Source: a virus
IMG/VR virus record: IMGVR_UViG_3300013102_000030
Coordinates: 110,137 to 174,136 of that record
Direction: 5' to 3' (one strand)
DNA: 64,000 nucleotides
Positions 10,601 to 19,585 of this stretch are shown piece by piece. Position 1 is the stretch's first letter. The number at the start of each line of letters is the position of its first letter. Position numbers and translations under genes: made by a program. Below the pieces are notes generated by a model. That model ran no database searches. It was given only the letters and a program-made list of their open reading frames with translations, and had not been told where the DNA came from.

Positions 10601-11475
10601 CCGTAGGGGCAGACGGTCGAGCATGGGGCGTTCATATAGCCGTCAACACCACTGGGGCGCAGGTATTTTTTAGCCTCCGTCCAAACAACTATAACACTCT
10701 TCCGGCAGGGGTCTATGAGGTCCGTCAAACTATCACCATGCCTGCCAATGCCACAAACATCTCTTTCATGAGATTCTATAACGGCAGTCCAAACCGGACA
10801 ACCGTATGGTGGGACAACTTCATGGTGGTGGAAGGACGCTACGATGGAGGATATATCAACCCCGACCAAAACCCCCTTGCCAAATGGGACGGTGCGGCGA
10901 ACGTTAGCACAAGTGTAGGATATCCTCCTACCCTTCTTGAACTTGCCGGAAAACCTAGCCTTGAGTTGGTAGGGGAAGGCATCTCTCCTACGACTACAGT
11001 TGACGGTTTTGTTGCCAGAACGCTCTATGCTGTATACGAGGTAACAGATATCAACCAAGGTAGCTGGCAGGTTCCGATTATCTATGGAGTAGCAAGCAGT
11101 GAAGGATACACCCTTCAGTCCAACTCAGCAGGAACTATCCAGATGGTACCACGAGCAGACTTTGCTACTGGTGGCGGAAATACCAATGCCACCACTGGAT
11201 TCAATACAAGGACTTCGGGCAGAGTCCATGTTATGGCTTTTGCCTTCAATGATGGCTTGACGAGCATGCTTGGAATGGGAAACGGAGCTACTGATGTACA
11301 AAGAACATTGGTACCCGGAACTGTTGGGTGGACTAAGCATAAGCTTGAAATCCGCCCCGCAGCCCAAGGTATGCGTGGTGTGTACGCGTCTGTGTATATG
11401 GGGGAGCATTCCCGAGCTACCCGATTGGCTATTAGCCGATATCTCGGAAATAAATATGGAGCAAATGTCGCCTAG
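7627..11475 (+). CDS. large minor tail / receptor-binding protein with six CBM-like beta-sandwich modules
   Basis: 1282 aa, T/G/S-rich; repeated R(T)NL, YTxS(A)W, (Y/F)FDG and WTG..N.S.S motifs. Confidence 0.75.
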   Translation: MRRDNFDSGSQPVRNLAYIPSFEVASGTVNTRTNLYKDPHCEGVSGSVTVRTNLCTNPGPQAVGGTTTTIRTNLSTNSRGVSALPDYNGASYQTITTVTGITGHPEGITTANRVSYNAGATNPGVALLNPAQANTKYTISAWVYHETVPPAGGQAFAMAGLTSSTPTTPVAGVWQRLSWTYTTTASPSYFGFRVASPTGSGSFLITGILIERSGFLGDFFDGAGASRTNLANDPRALTITGTTGVGWRNSRWFGGNGTTVGTHTNITGMQDGPTPQLTTYIRKQWTGDNLSTSNGDTGFELSTGFNTTAGVAYAGGWSVQAGVTYSLSAWLRPTSDKGNAGFDMTWRDSAGYYITRSTFSTYTLPANVWTRVTATVTAPSGAITAGLVLDVDGGSLWKSGESLDGTGLIIERTDTPSTIFYEGTGDFSYSWTGTANNSASIQTAAGTPAIGGANNGITYRSGISGNYFARTFFTSDQIMDSGPSLQGTAPGLTASKTYTLSVDVWVDRDRTYRLSVQGNGTTNTSTSFTQTAGTTVRRIITFQTNVSATGPSNVALYVLRSDVLPGYIDVSKILIEEAPQALPYFDGSNPVRNLAAGTNPSALSGITMTSGVSYKGDTWRRASVAAGNSGWIVRQYVNLFDLIPGQTYTAAVTVANDSTADSVSIALDWCDTAATTVTLAPGEVRRLRVTNSKASYSNVYRFADLQVNQNTAGSRSVLFKDFTVEFGATPGYQGAADYTTAWTGVVNGSTSTMTAPLPGGWSKSGNTVVIPTTEGISGKGIKIIKNGGYGFVGTTLSGLAVSTAYTWSADILTSQTTVNTVDRSSLVGGYSPSDRTVVSDLVTRIQRTFTTGPSETTRTISIAGWENATVPDGSILIIDNIQVEANGQATPFFSGDTPAANEFTYAWTGTQHASTSTETAPGASGYTGSYSNRIAWQSTQWSASGTKSLAVAGGAPSQDSFSQFGQPYPFPADFAGKTYTILARLRTEEAFPVGADGRAWGVHIAVNTTGAQVFFSLRPNNYNTLPAGVYEVRQTITMPANATNISFMRFYNGSPNRTTVWWDNFMVVEGRYDGGYINPDQNPLAKWDGAANVSTSVGYPPTLLELAGKPSLELVGEGISPTTTVDGFVARTLYAVYEVTDINQGSWQVPIIYGVASSEGYTLQSNSAGTIQMVPRADFATGGGNTNATTGFNTRTSGRVHVMAFAFNDGLTSMLGMGNGATDVQRTLVPGTVGWTKHKLEIRPAAQGMRGVYASVYMGEHSRATRLAISRYLGNKYGANVA

Positions 11476-11550
11476 GGGTTGACACGTTGTCTTTCTGTAG
11501 AGTATCGTAATTCTTATCAGGAACACCGATACTCTACAGAAGGGCACATC

Positions 11551-12408
11551 ATGAAAAAGATCGCAAGCACCGCAACCGCTGTACTCCTCGCCTCCTCGGG
11601 GCTTCTCTTCGTAGGGCAGGCCGCGAACGCCATGCCCTGTGACCTCCCCGGAGCAGGATGTACGGGTGACAGCAACACCGGCTATCCCGGAGGAGTCGCA
11701 CCGACTCCCGATCCGGGGAAAGGACATGATCCTGTGACATTCTGCCACAACGGAATGCTGAAGACAACTGACGACGACGGAGAACTCCATGGTCACAAGA
11801 CCAAAAAGGGAGAGCACGTCAACGATGTCTTCCGCGAAGACCTTGGACGTGAGGTAACAGAAGCTGACTGTGCCGTCGTCACGGAACCGGTGAAGCCCCC
11901 TCAGCCTGCACCGGAGTTCCCGGAAGGCAACGTGGACATCACCTACCAGTGTGACGCGGTTCCCATGACCCGAACCGATCACATCACCTACAAGCGGATC
12001 GACTACGTCTACGACGCTCCCAGCAATTCGTGGGTGAAGGGTCCGGAGCAGGTCACGGACGGGGTCTACGTCTTCCCGCTGACTGACGAGCAGGCGCAAA
12101 CGTACTGCGGAGTTGCCGTCACCCCTCCCGTACAGGAGACTCCTCCGGCTGTGACTCCTGACGCTCCGGCTCCCGAACAGGCTGCACCGGAGGCTCCGGT
12201 AGCTCCTGCTGTCGTCCCTGCCGCTGAGCCTGCACCGCTGGCAAATCTCGGTGGACAGGTCCCTGCAAGCAACGTGGAGCAGGCAGCACAGACGCAGGCA
12301 CCCGCCGAACTTGCCTACACGGGCTTCAACTGGGGAATGTTCGGAGCCGCGATCCTCTCGCTGCTTGGCGGATTCGGACTCATGCGGCTGAAGCGGAAGC
12401 TCGCATAA
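11551..12408 (+). CDS. secreted cell-wall-anchored protein (LAYTG sorting signal)
   Basis: Signal peptide MKKIAS...AANA; P/A-rich stalk; LAYTG + TM + RLKRK. Confidence 0.8.
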   Translation: MKKIASTATAVLLASSGLLFVGQAANAMPCDLPGAGCTGDSNTGYPGGVAPTPDPGKGHDPVTFCHNGMLKTTDDDGELHGHKTKKGEHVNDVFREDLGREVTEADCAVVTEPVKPPQPAPEFPEGNVDITYQCDAVPMTRTDHITYKRIDYVYDAPSNSWVKGPEQVTDGVYVFPLTDEQAQTYCGVAVTPPVQETPPAVTPDAPAPEQAAPEAPVAPAVVPAAEPAPLANLGGQVPASNVEQAAQTQAPAELAYTGFNWGMFGAAILSLLGGFGLMRLKRKLA

Positions 12409-12418
12409 CTTCCACAAG

Positions 12419-12453
12419 GTAGACCCTCTCCTTCGGGAGAGGGTTTACTTTTT
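12419..12453 (+). terminator. intrinsic terminator
   Basis: GTAGACCCTCTCC-ttcg-GGAGAGGGTTTAC-TTTT. Confidence 0.85.
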
Positions 12454-12479
12454 GCCCTGAAACTGCTAAGATGTACCGA

Positions 12480-13136
12480 ATGACCCAAAAAATCATTCTT
12501 GAAGCCGTCACTGGCTCAAAAGCCTACGGGCTGAATCACGCACAATCCGACACCGACAAGATGGGCATCTTCGTTGCCCCTACTGTACACGTAGCTGGCC
12601 TTGGATGGGCCTCAAAGCACGAGTCATGGTCCAATGCTGGACCGGAGGGTGATGACTACACCTTGCACGAGGTTGGCAAGTATCTCAAGCTTGTGCTAAA
12701 GTCGAACCCTACCCTTGTGGAACTGCTCTTCATCGACCAGTACGAGACTCTGACTGATGAAGGCAGAGCCATGATTGACCTTCGTGGGAAAGTCCTGTAT
12801 ACTAAGGGCATCCGCGAAGCCTACTATGGATACGCTAAGGCTCAGTACGAGCGTGTAATGAGGGAATACCCTCTCCATAAGCCCAAGATGGCACGACACT
12901 GTGTACGGATCGCCATTCAGGGGCATGAGCTTCTGACCACAGGGACCACGAACGTAAAGGTTCTTGACCCTCAATACCTGTTTGATCTGAATGACATGGG
13001 CCAAACAGATCTGTTCAACACTATGGCTAAGCATGTGCAATCCATTGATGATGCAAAATCTGTCCTTCGGGACGAACCAGACCGCAAGTCAGTTGCCGCG
13101 TTTCTGGAAGATATACGACGACAAAATCTAGGCTAA
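12480..13136 (+). CDS. DNA pol-beta superfamily nucleotidyltransferase (RlaP-like), leaderless
   Basis: GSKAYGL...SDTD.MG, KSNPTLVELL, H..R; -10 TAAGAT 7 nt before ATG. Confidence 0.8.
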   Translation: MTQKIILEAVTGSKAYGLNHAQSDTDKMGIFVAPTVHVAGLGWASKHESWSNAGPEGDDYTLHEVGKYLKLVLKSNPTLVELLFIDQYETLTDEGRAMIDLRGKVLYTKGIREAYYGYAKAQYERVMREYPLHKPKMARHCVRIAIQGHELLTTGTTNVKVLDPQYLFDLNDMGQTDLFNTMAKHVQSIDDAKSVLRDEPDRKSVAAFLEDIRRQNLG

Positions 13137-13147
13137 GAAAGAAGGAA

Positions 13148-14530
13148 ATGAAGGGACTTGAACGCCTCAAGGGCACTCTGAAGGAGGATGGTGAATCCCG
13201 CAAGGAAGCCACATTCCTCTCACGGGATGTGCTTGAACTCGCTATGCTTGCAGCAACCGCAAGCAAGAACCCCAAGCTCGCCAAGGCGGTCACCATTGGC
13301 TCTGCTGCCATTACGGTAGGCACTCTCGCCAAGGATATCTGGAAGTTCTACAGGAAGTCCACAGCGGACGAAACCTACACCATCAAGATCATGGAAGATG
13401 ACGGGATCTTTGAGGTTGTAGAAGACTGGTTCATGGAAGCTCTCCCTGAAGAGAAGCAGCGCTCCGTGTACGCACACTCAACTGTGCAGCGCCATGATCC
13501 TCATAGCCGTATGGCTGCTAGACTGGCGGCAGAGGAGGACCCTGAGAAGAAGGACAAGGTCAAGATCAACTACTCCTTTGACGGGACAATCGTACAGCAG
13601 CTTGACATTGCAGGACAGAAGGTCTCCATCTGGATCTCAGTTCCCGAGCAGTCGGCCAAGAGTACCGGCAGTGGAAAGAGCCTGCTCCAGCGCTCCATCA
13701 ACATCATCTGCCCCACGGTGGAAGCCAAGAGGGCTATTCAGGAAGAACTGGACAAGCAGTCCCAGTTCCTTTCCAAGTCCCAGCCGCGCATGTTTGTCTC
13801 CAGCAAGTGGGGCAACTTCAACAAGCGCTCCCACATCCAGACGCGCTCCGTGGAATCGGTCATCCTCAAGGAAGGACAGATGGAGCGTATCCTTGGTTAC
13901 CTGAACAGCTTCCTTGAAAACAAGGATGCCTATCTGAAGGCTGACCTTCCCTACCGCACGGGCATCCTGCTCTACGGTGAACCGGGAAGTGGCAAGTCGT
14001 CAACCGCGCTGGCAATCGCCAACGAACTGCGGATGAACGTCTTCATCATCTCCCTGACCTCACTGGACAGCGACGATGCTCTGAATGAGTGCTTCTCATC
14101 CATCCCTCCGAACTCGATCATCATCCTTGAGGATATCGATATCGCTCACTCGGTCAAGGACCGTGATGAGGATGACGGTGTCACCATGACCGGCATGCTG
14201 AACGTGCTGGACGGCTTCCAGTCCCCTCCGGGAGTCATCACCATCATGACCACCAACCGCCTTGACGTACTGGATGAGGCAATCATCCGTCCGGGCCGCG
14301 TGGATCTTCAGGAGGAACTGAACTGTCTGGATACCCACCAGCTTTCCCGAATGTGTGAGTACTTCACCGGATCGGTTCCCGAGAACCTTCCGGAGATCAC
14401 CCCTGCCGATGGTATCACGTCGGCTGAGATTGTGGGTGTTGTGCGGAAGCATCTTCCCAACTTTGAGAACGCTGGTGAGGACATTGTAACTTTTGTAAGT
14501 GACAAGCTCTTGACACCAGCCGCAGCATAG
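13148..14530 (+). CDS. BCS1-like AAA+ ATPase
   Basis: GILLYGEPGSGKSS, IIILEDID, LNVLDG, MTTN..D.LD.A..RPGRVD. Confidence 0.88.
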   Translation: MKGLERLKGTLKEDGESRKEATFLSRDVLELAMLAATASKNPKLAKAVTIGSAAITVGTLAKDIWKFYRKSTADETYTIKIMEDDGIFEVVEDWFMEALPEEKQRSVYAHSTVQRHDPHSRMAARLAAEEDPEKKDKVKINYSFDGTIVQQLDIAGQKVSIWISVPEQSAKSTGSGKSLLQRSINIICPTVEAKRAIQEELDKQSQFLSKSQPRMFVSSKWGNFNKRSHIQTRSVESVILKEGQMERILGYLNSFLENKDAYLKADLPYRTGILLYGEPGSGKSSTALAIANELRMNVFIISLTSLDSDDALNECFSSIPPNSIIILEDIDIAHSVKDRDEDDGVTMTGMLNVLDGFQSPPGVITIMTTNRLDVLDEAIIRPGRVDLQEELNCLDTHQLSRMCEYFTGSVPENLPEITPADGITSAEIVGVVRKHLPNFENAGEDIVTFVSDKLLTPAAA

Positions 14531-14603
14531 AGTAGGCTACCGCTTTACATAAAAGCTGTCATAGTGTAGAATGGAAGACATAAGTTTCTATCGAAGGACA
14601 CTA

Positions 14604-14888
14604 ATGTCTTCTACTGCTGACGCAACCCCCACATATAACTGGCTGGTCCACTACCAGTTTTCCTTCCCCAAGTCAGACCTCCGTCCAGAGGATCAGCGCT
14701 GGGGTACGGGCACCATTCCCATCCAAACGGATAAGGTTCCTGAAACTAAGGAAGAGTTCAAAGAAATTGCCAGAACCATCGGCAAAGAAGGTGGCTACGA
14801 GCGCGTAGCAATCACCAAGCTAGATGTAACCGATCACTTCGTTGAAGATAAGGCAGAGATCCTAGAAGGACTCATTGTCAATGACTAA
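14604..14888 (+). CDS. hypothetical protein
   Basis: GAAGGA RBS, phage-like codon usage. Confidence 0.65.
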   Translation: MSSTADATPTYNWLVHYQFSFPKSDLRPEDQRWGTGTIPIQTDKVPETKEEFKEIARTIGKEGGYERVAITKLDVTDHFVEDKAEILEGLIVND

Positions 14889-15309
14889 CGAAAATTGGAT
14901 CAAAGACGCGCCTTGTGCCCGACCTGTAAAGACGGATGACTCTGAAGAGCCTCGTATGATCGAGTTCTACAGTAGTGACCCGGAAGAGCAGAATCGGGCC
15001 AAGGCCGTCTGTGTTACATGCCCCTTCCGTCGTGAATGCCTTCAGTACGCGTACGATGGCAAAGAACGTTTCGGAGTCTGGGGAGGCGTAGGAGGGGAAG
15101 AGCTACGCAAGAATCAGGCCATCAATGCTCTTGGAGAAGCACACGTCTCCAAGCTGGGAAAGATCCGCTGTGCTTTCTGCGGTCCTCGTACTACGGACCA
15201 GCTAGAGGTAGTGGAGCGAAAGCGTACCCGAACGCACGTCATGTGCTCAGAGTGCGGCCTTTCGTGGACCGTCCGCAAGGCGATCAATAAGAAGGAAACC
15301 AACTGGTAG
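14881..15309 (+). CDS. whiB: WhiB family transcription factor with C-terminal Zn ribbon
   Basis: C...AKAVCVTCPFRRECL...GVWGG; extra CAFC...CSEC. Confidence 0.88.
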   Translation: MTNENWIKDAPCARPVKTDDSEEPRMIEFYSSDPEEQNRAKAVCVTCPFRRECLQYAYDGKERFGVWGGVGGEELRKNQAINALGEAHVSKLGKIRCAFCGPRTTDQLEVVERKRTRTHVMCSECGLSWTVRKAINKKETNW

Positions 15310-15372
15310 ATTGACACTGACGCGTCCTACCAGTACAATGTACACGCAAATTACAAGATAAAAAGGTAGGAC

Positions 15373-17469
15373 ATGGCTACTCAGTGGTCTGATATTTTCG
15401 CGCCCGTAATGGGACAAGGCCGAGAGATCCGTCAAGGGCAAGCTATGCTTGGTCAGGCGATCATCGACGCAATAGAGAACAAGACGAGCCTTCTGGCTCA
15501 AGCATCAACAGGTACCGGTAAATCCTTCGCCACTCTCATCCCGATCATCGATGCCATTCAAAAGGCACATGCCAAGGGACAAATCTACCGTGGAATTGTA
15601 TCCACTGAGACGCTGACCCTTCAGGATCAGTTGGTGAAGAAGGATCTTCCATTCCTTTCAACACTATACAAAGACTTTAGCTTCCGCAAGCTTATGGGCC
15701 GTACCAATTACCTGTGCCTTGAGGTTGCCGACAACGCCTCTGTTGGTGACATCGTCATGAACAAGATGGTCGAAAAGCTGAAGATGCGTGCCTCCAATCT
15801 TGGGAACGGAGAGCGTGCAGACGTAGAGCGGGTTTTGGGCCGCGAGATCACCAACGACCAGTGGTCCAAGATCGCTTCCTCCTCCACCTTCTGCCCGGAC
15901 AACCAGTGCAGCGGTAAGGTGTGCTTCTCCACCAAGGCACGAGCAGAAGCAATGAGTGCTGACCTTGTCGTCGTCAACCATGCCATCCTTGCTACCGACC
16001 TTGAGATGAAGGCCGGAGACCCGCTGGCAGATGGTATGCTGGGAATCTTCAACGTCCTTGCAGTCGATGAGGGGCACCAACTGGAGCCTGTCCTTGTGTC
16101 CCAGTGGACCAAGGAACTGACGGAGCGCGAGCTTGAAACCATGGCCGGTTCCGTCACTGATGGCGTTGAGACTGCCAAGTCAGCGGTATCCAACGCACAG
16201 ATCTCCTACACTGCCAACACCGCCATGGACGCTGTCCGTGATACACTCGCCAACATCAAGAAGTTCTTCTTCCTGCTGGATGAAGCACAGGGTGGAGAAT
16301 GGCAGGACTCCTCCACAGCACTCTCCCTGAAGTACCCTGTAGGCATGCCTTCCGGTCCTGTCGCGTTCGCCATGAATGAGTTTGAGACCGAGAACCCTGT
16401 CCGCCTTGCTCAGGCTGAGAAGCAGCTTGAAGAGGTCATCAAGTACCTTGAGCCTGCCCTTCAGACGGCACGCGAGAACAAGATCAAGGGTGTCCGCAAG
16501 ATCAGCAAGGGCCTCCGTGCCTCCAAAGACCTGCTGGACACGGTCAGGATCATGTCTAAGGCTCTGGAAACTGACGATGGGATCATTTCCCAGTACGGCA
16601 CATACGGTGCGTTGGTGGATGGCTGGGTCCGTAAGAAGGACGGCACTCCGGGAATGACGATCCGTCTGGTTCCGCTGGATGTCTCCGCACGTGCCAAGGC
16701 TCTGTGGGGCAAGGAGGGTGGACAAACCAACATTCTGCTCTCTGCCACCCTGACTGACCTGACGGACGGCTCCTTCCGGTACGCCCGTGAGTGTGTCGCC
16801 TTCCCGCCATCGGCTGAGATCAACGTGGACACTCCATTCTCGCTCCAGACGCAGCAGCTTGTCTACATCACTCCTGCCACCGGTACTCAGGTGGAAGGTG
16901 CGCGGTACGACTTCCAAGAGCTTCTTCAACTGATCAATGCTTCCCGTGGCAGTGCTCTCGTGCTCTTTACATCCCGTAAGGAACTGGACTATGCTGCTGA
17001 ACAGATCCTTCGCCTGAAGGCGCTGGGACACTTCCCGTATGAGGTCTTCGTACAGGAGAAGGATTCCAACAAGGATAAGCTGATGAAGGGCTTCAAGGCC
17101 GATACGCACTCCGTGCTGCTGGCAACCAAGTCCTTCTTCGTCGGCATTGACGTTCCGGGTGAGTCCCTGTCCCTCGTGGTCATGGTCAAGTTCCCGCTGC
17201 CGCGCTTCTCTGCGGAGTGCCGCCAGCAGATTACCCACTGGAAGTCAAGAGGCTTCCACCGCTGGTATGAGCGTGAGGCTCTGACCATCTTCCAGCAGGC
17301 ATCCGGCAGGCTCATCCGCTCCTCAGGTTGTAAAGGAGTCGTTGCCCTGCTAGACTTTAGAGCCATGGACACCACTTCCAACGTCTACAAGACAATGAAG
17401 CTGGGTGTTGACAGTCTCGGATCTCCGGTCACTCAGAACATTGGAGCCGTCCAGCAATTTGTAGCGTAA
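15373..17469 (+). CDS. dinG: DinG/XPD family helicase
   Basis: RQGQ, ASTGTGKS, GRTNYLC with Cys cluster, VVNHA, DEGH, SATL, LFTS, GIDVPG, QASGRLIR. Confidence 0.92.
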   Translation: MATQWSDIFAPVMGQGREIRQGQAMLGQAIIDAIENKTSLLAQASTGTGKSFATLIPIIDAIQKAHAKGQIYRGIVSTETLTLQDQLVKKDLPFLSTLYKDFSFRKLMGRTNYLCLEVADNASVGDIVMNKMVEKLKMRASNLGNGERADVERVLGREITNDQWSKIASSSTFCPDNQCSGKVCFSTKARAEAMSADLVVVNHAILATDLEMKAGDPLADGMLGIFNVLAVDEGHQLEPVLVSQWTKELTERELETMAGSVTDGVETAKSAVSNAQISYTANTAMDAVRDTLANIKKFFFLLDEAQGGEWQDSSTALSLKYPVGMPSGPVAFAMNEFETENPVRLAQAEKQLEEVIKYLEPALQTARENKIKGVRKISKGLRASKDLLDTVRIMSKALETDDGIISQYGTYGALVDGWVRKKDGTPGMTIRLVPLDVSARAKALWGKEGGQTNILLSATLTDLTDGSFRYARECVAFPPSAEINVDTPFSLQTQQLVYITPATGTQVEGARYDFQELLQLINASRGSALVLFTSRKELDYAAEQILRLKALGHFPYEVFVQEKDSNKDKLMKGFKADTHSVLLATKSFFVGIDVPGESLSLVVMVKFPLPRFSAECRQQITHWKSRGFHRWYEREALTIFQQASGRLIRSSGCKGVVALLDFRAMDTTSNVYKTMKLGVDSLGSPVTQNIGAVQQFVA

Positions 17470-17483
17470 AGGAAAAAGTCTAA

Positions 17484-18767
17484 GTGCGAGTACAACTCTC
17501 CGATGTTCACGGAGATATCAAGATCGATGCCTCACAGGCGGTGAGCTTCCTCAAGGCATGGTTCAATCCGGATGACGTGATCTCCCTCGTGGGACGGGCA
17601 TCCGAAAAGAAGGGCAAGCTGGATACCCTCTCCCAGTTCGTACCCGTCAAGGATCTTTACTCCCTCACGAATGAGGATCTGGACTCACTGGTTTTCTCTG
17701 ACGGTGAGAAGTGGAACCTCTATTTCGGTGCTGCTCCCGTCAAGGAAGCTGTCTCCCTGTTCCGTCGTGGAACTGAGGACAACATAGCACGGTTGGTAGG
17801 GGTTTGGGCTGATATCGATGTGAAGGAGGGCGGGTTCAATTCTCAGGATGAGATCCTGCTCTTCCTTCAGACCCTTGCGCTCCAGCCTACCATTGTGGTA
17901 GCATCAGGTTCTGGAGGCATTCACGCCTACTGGAAGCTGGATGAGAAGTCATCCGCAGCAGGCAAGACCCGTGAGACCTACAAGGAACTCACTCTTCGCT
18001 GGTGGGCCTACATCGATGACGCAGCAGGAGAATCCCGCAAGATCGACCGTCTCTATGACCTGACCCGAATCTTCCGGCTTCCCGGAAGTGCGTACTTCCC
18101 TCGTGAAGGTTCCGGAGGAAAGGCAGGCAGTGTCCGTCTTCTCTCTGTGAACTCCAACGTCTACTCCGCTGAGCAGATCCTGTCAATCTCACAGGCTGCT
18201 CACGTGAAGAAGGAAGAGGAACGCAAGCGCGTTGCCATGGAAGACAAGCAGCTTCGTGAGCGGACCATCGGTGAAGCCATGCGGCAGGTCAAGCTGGGCC
18301 ACGGCTATAAGTTTGAGGAGTATCAGAACTGGTCCGATGTCATGGCGTATGCTGAGATTGAGGACTACGTCAACACCAGCTATACGTGGGACTTCCTGAG
18401 GGATTACGGCTGGACATTCCTGCGGACTCTGCGGGACGGCTCCGATGAGTGGGCGCGTCCGGGACGAAACGAACGCTCTGCGGTGGTCAACTACCGTGAA
18501 GATGACAGGGGACCGGCATCACCGGTCATGAGCCTGCTGTCCATGTCCGATGAAACCGGACTGCTGGATCTGTTCGATGCCAACGTACCTTTGACCAAGT
18601 TCAGAGTCATGCTACGCTACAAATATCAGGACAATGGGCTTGCCATGGTCGATGACATGCGGGATGAAGTTGTGTCCTTCATGAAGGCCAAGGAAGTAGC
18701 CCTCAAGCAGGAACAGGTCTACGCGCAGTACGCGCTCAATCTCACCAATCAATTCAGGAAGGCATAA
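17484..18767 (+). CDS. RepB'-like / AEP DNA primase
   Basis: WADID, SGSGGIHAYW, DLTRIFRLPGS, W.RPG. Confidence 0.8.
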   Translation: MRVQLSDVHGDIKIDASQAVSFLKAWFNPDDVISLVGRASEKKGKLDTLSQFVPVKDLYSLTNEDLDSLVFSDGEKWNLYFGAAPVKEAVSLFRRGTEDNIARLVGVWADIDVKEGGFNSQDEILLFLQTLALQPTIVVASGSGGIHAYWKLDEKSSAAGKTRETYKELTLRWWAYIDDAAGESRKIDRLYDLTRIFRLPGSAYFPREGSGGKAGSVRLLSVNSNVYSAEQILSISQAAHVKKEEERKRVAMEDKQLRERTIGEAMRQVKLGHGYKFEEYQNWSDVMAYAEIEDYVNTSYTWDFLRDYGWTFLRTLRDGSDEWARPGRNERSAVVNYREDDRGPASPVMSLLSMSDETGLLDLFDANVPLTKFRVMLRYKYQDNGLAMVDDMRDEVVSFMKAKEVALKQEQVYAQYALNLTNQFRKA

Positions 18768-18769
18768 CC

Positions 18770-18907
18770 ATCTCTTACATCTACGACAAAATGCTCTACG
18801 TCTACTGCTACATTGAGGTCTTCGTGTGGCAGCAGGTTGAACGGGTCCGGGACTTCCGTGCGAACGTCCAGTGGATCAAGAAGAACGGAGTCTACAGGGG
18901 GGAATGA
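18770..18907 (+). CDS. small hypothetical protein (ATC start; alternative ATG 18791)
   Basis: AGGAAGG 7 nt before ATC; ends in ATGA overlap. Confidence 0.5.
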   Translation: MSYIYDKMLYVYCYIEVFVWQQVERVRDFRANVQWIKKNGVYRGE

Positions 18908-19521
18908 AGCTCTTTGACAAGCTCTCCCGCCTCAAACCGGAGAGCGATACGGTAGAGGTCTTTGAAGCAACTTATGACCAGCTTCGGCAAGACATCAGTG
19001 GCTTCCTGAACCAACGTGAGATCCGTGGATACCTGCGGGGAAGTGGAAGGGATGAGGACACAACAGAATTCGAAGACCTGCTTATCGGTGCCGACGTTCT
19101 GTTCTGCTCCCTGAAGGCTGTCCTTGAGTCCATGAATGAGGCTCAGGAGATCATCAACAACTGGGATGAGGAAGACACAGAAGAGTCTCCTGAGTACGCT
19201 CAAGCGTTGGGAGAAGTCATGATGACCAAGCGACTCTTCCTCAAGCTTGTCCGTGATTACGAGCGGCTGGAGGATGCCCGAGCATACAGCATGCGGGACG
19301 CGCTGGAGAGGAGCCGTCCGGGTGCCTATGGGTACAACGGGGGCGCATCTAGGGTAGACAAGCAGACTGTCCGAGTATCCTTCTCCAGTGTCCAGTCCTA
19401 TCGACGTGATGGAGACAGGCGGGATATCCCTCATCCGCGCCAGTTCAAGGGGTACTCGTACACTACAAACAGGCCATCCTTCAGTACAACCACCCTTCCT
19501 AAAGACTGGAAGATCTTCTAA
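18904..19521 (+). CDS. hypothetical protein
   Basis: ATGA-coupled ORF. Confidence 0.65.
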   Translation: MKLFDKLSRLKPESDTVEVFEATYDQLRQDISGFLNQREIRGYLRGSGRDEDTTEFEDLLIGADVLFCSLKAVLESMNEAQEIINNWDEEDTEESPEYAQALGEVMMTKRLFLKLVRDYERLEDARAYSMRDALERSRPGAYGYNGGASRVDKQTVRVSFSSVQSYRRDGDRRDIPHPRQFKGYSYTTNRPSFSTTTLPKDWKIF

Positions 19522-19585
19522 GCGTCTCCCCTCTCTGCTTGCAGGGAGGGGTTTGACGTTTCAAGGTAAATGAAAGGCTAAAGAA

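Noticed and set aside
11125-12417. 430-aa minus-strand ORF
   Set aside because: Antisense shadow of the LAYTG protein and tail gene; no recognisable motifs
16180-17238. 352-aa minus-strand ORF
   Set aside because: Shadow of DinG caused by codon bias
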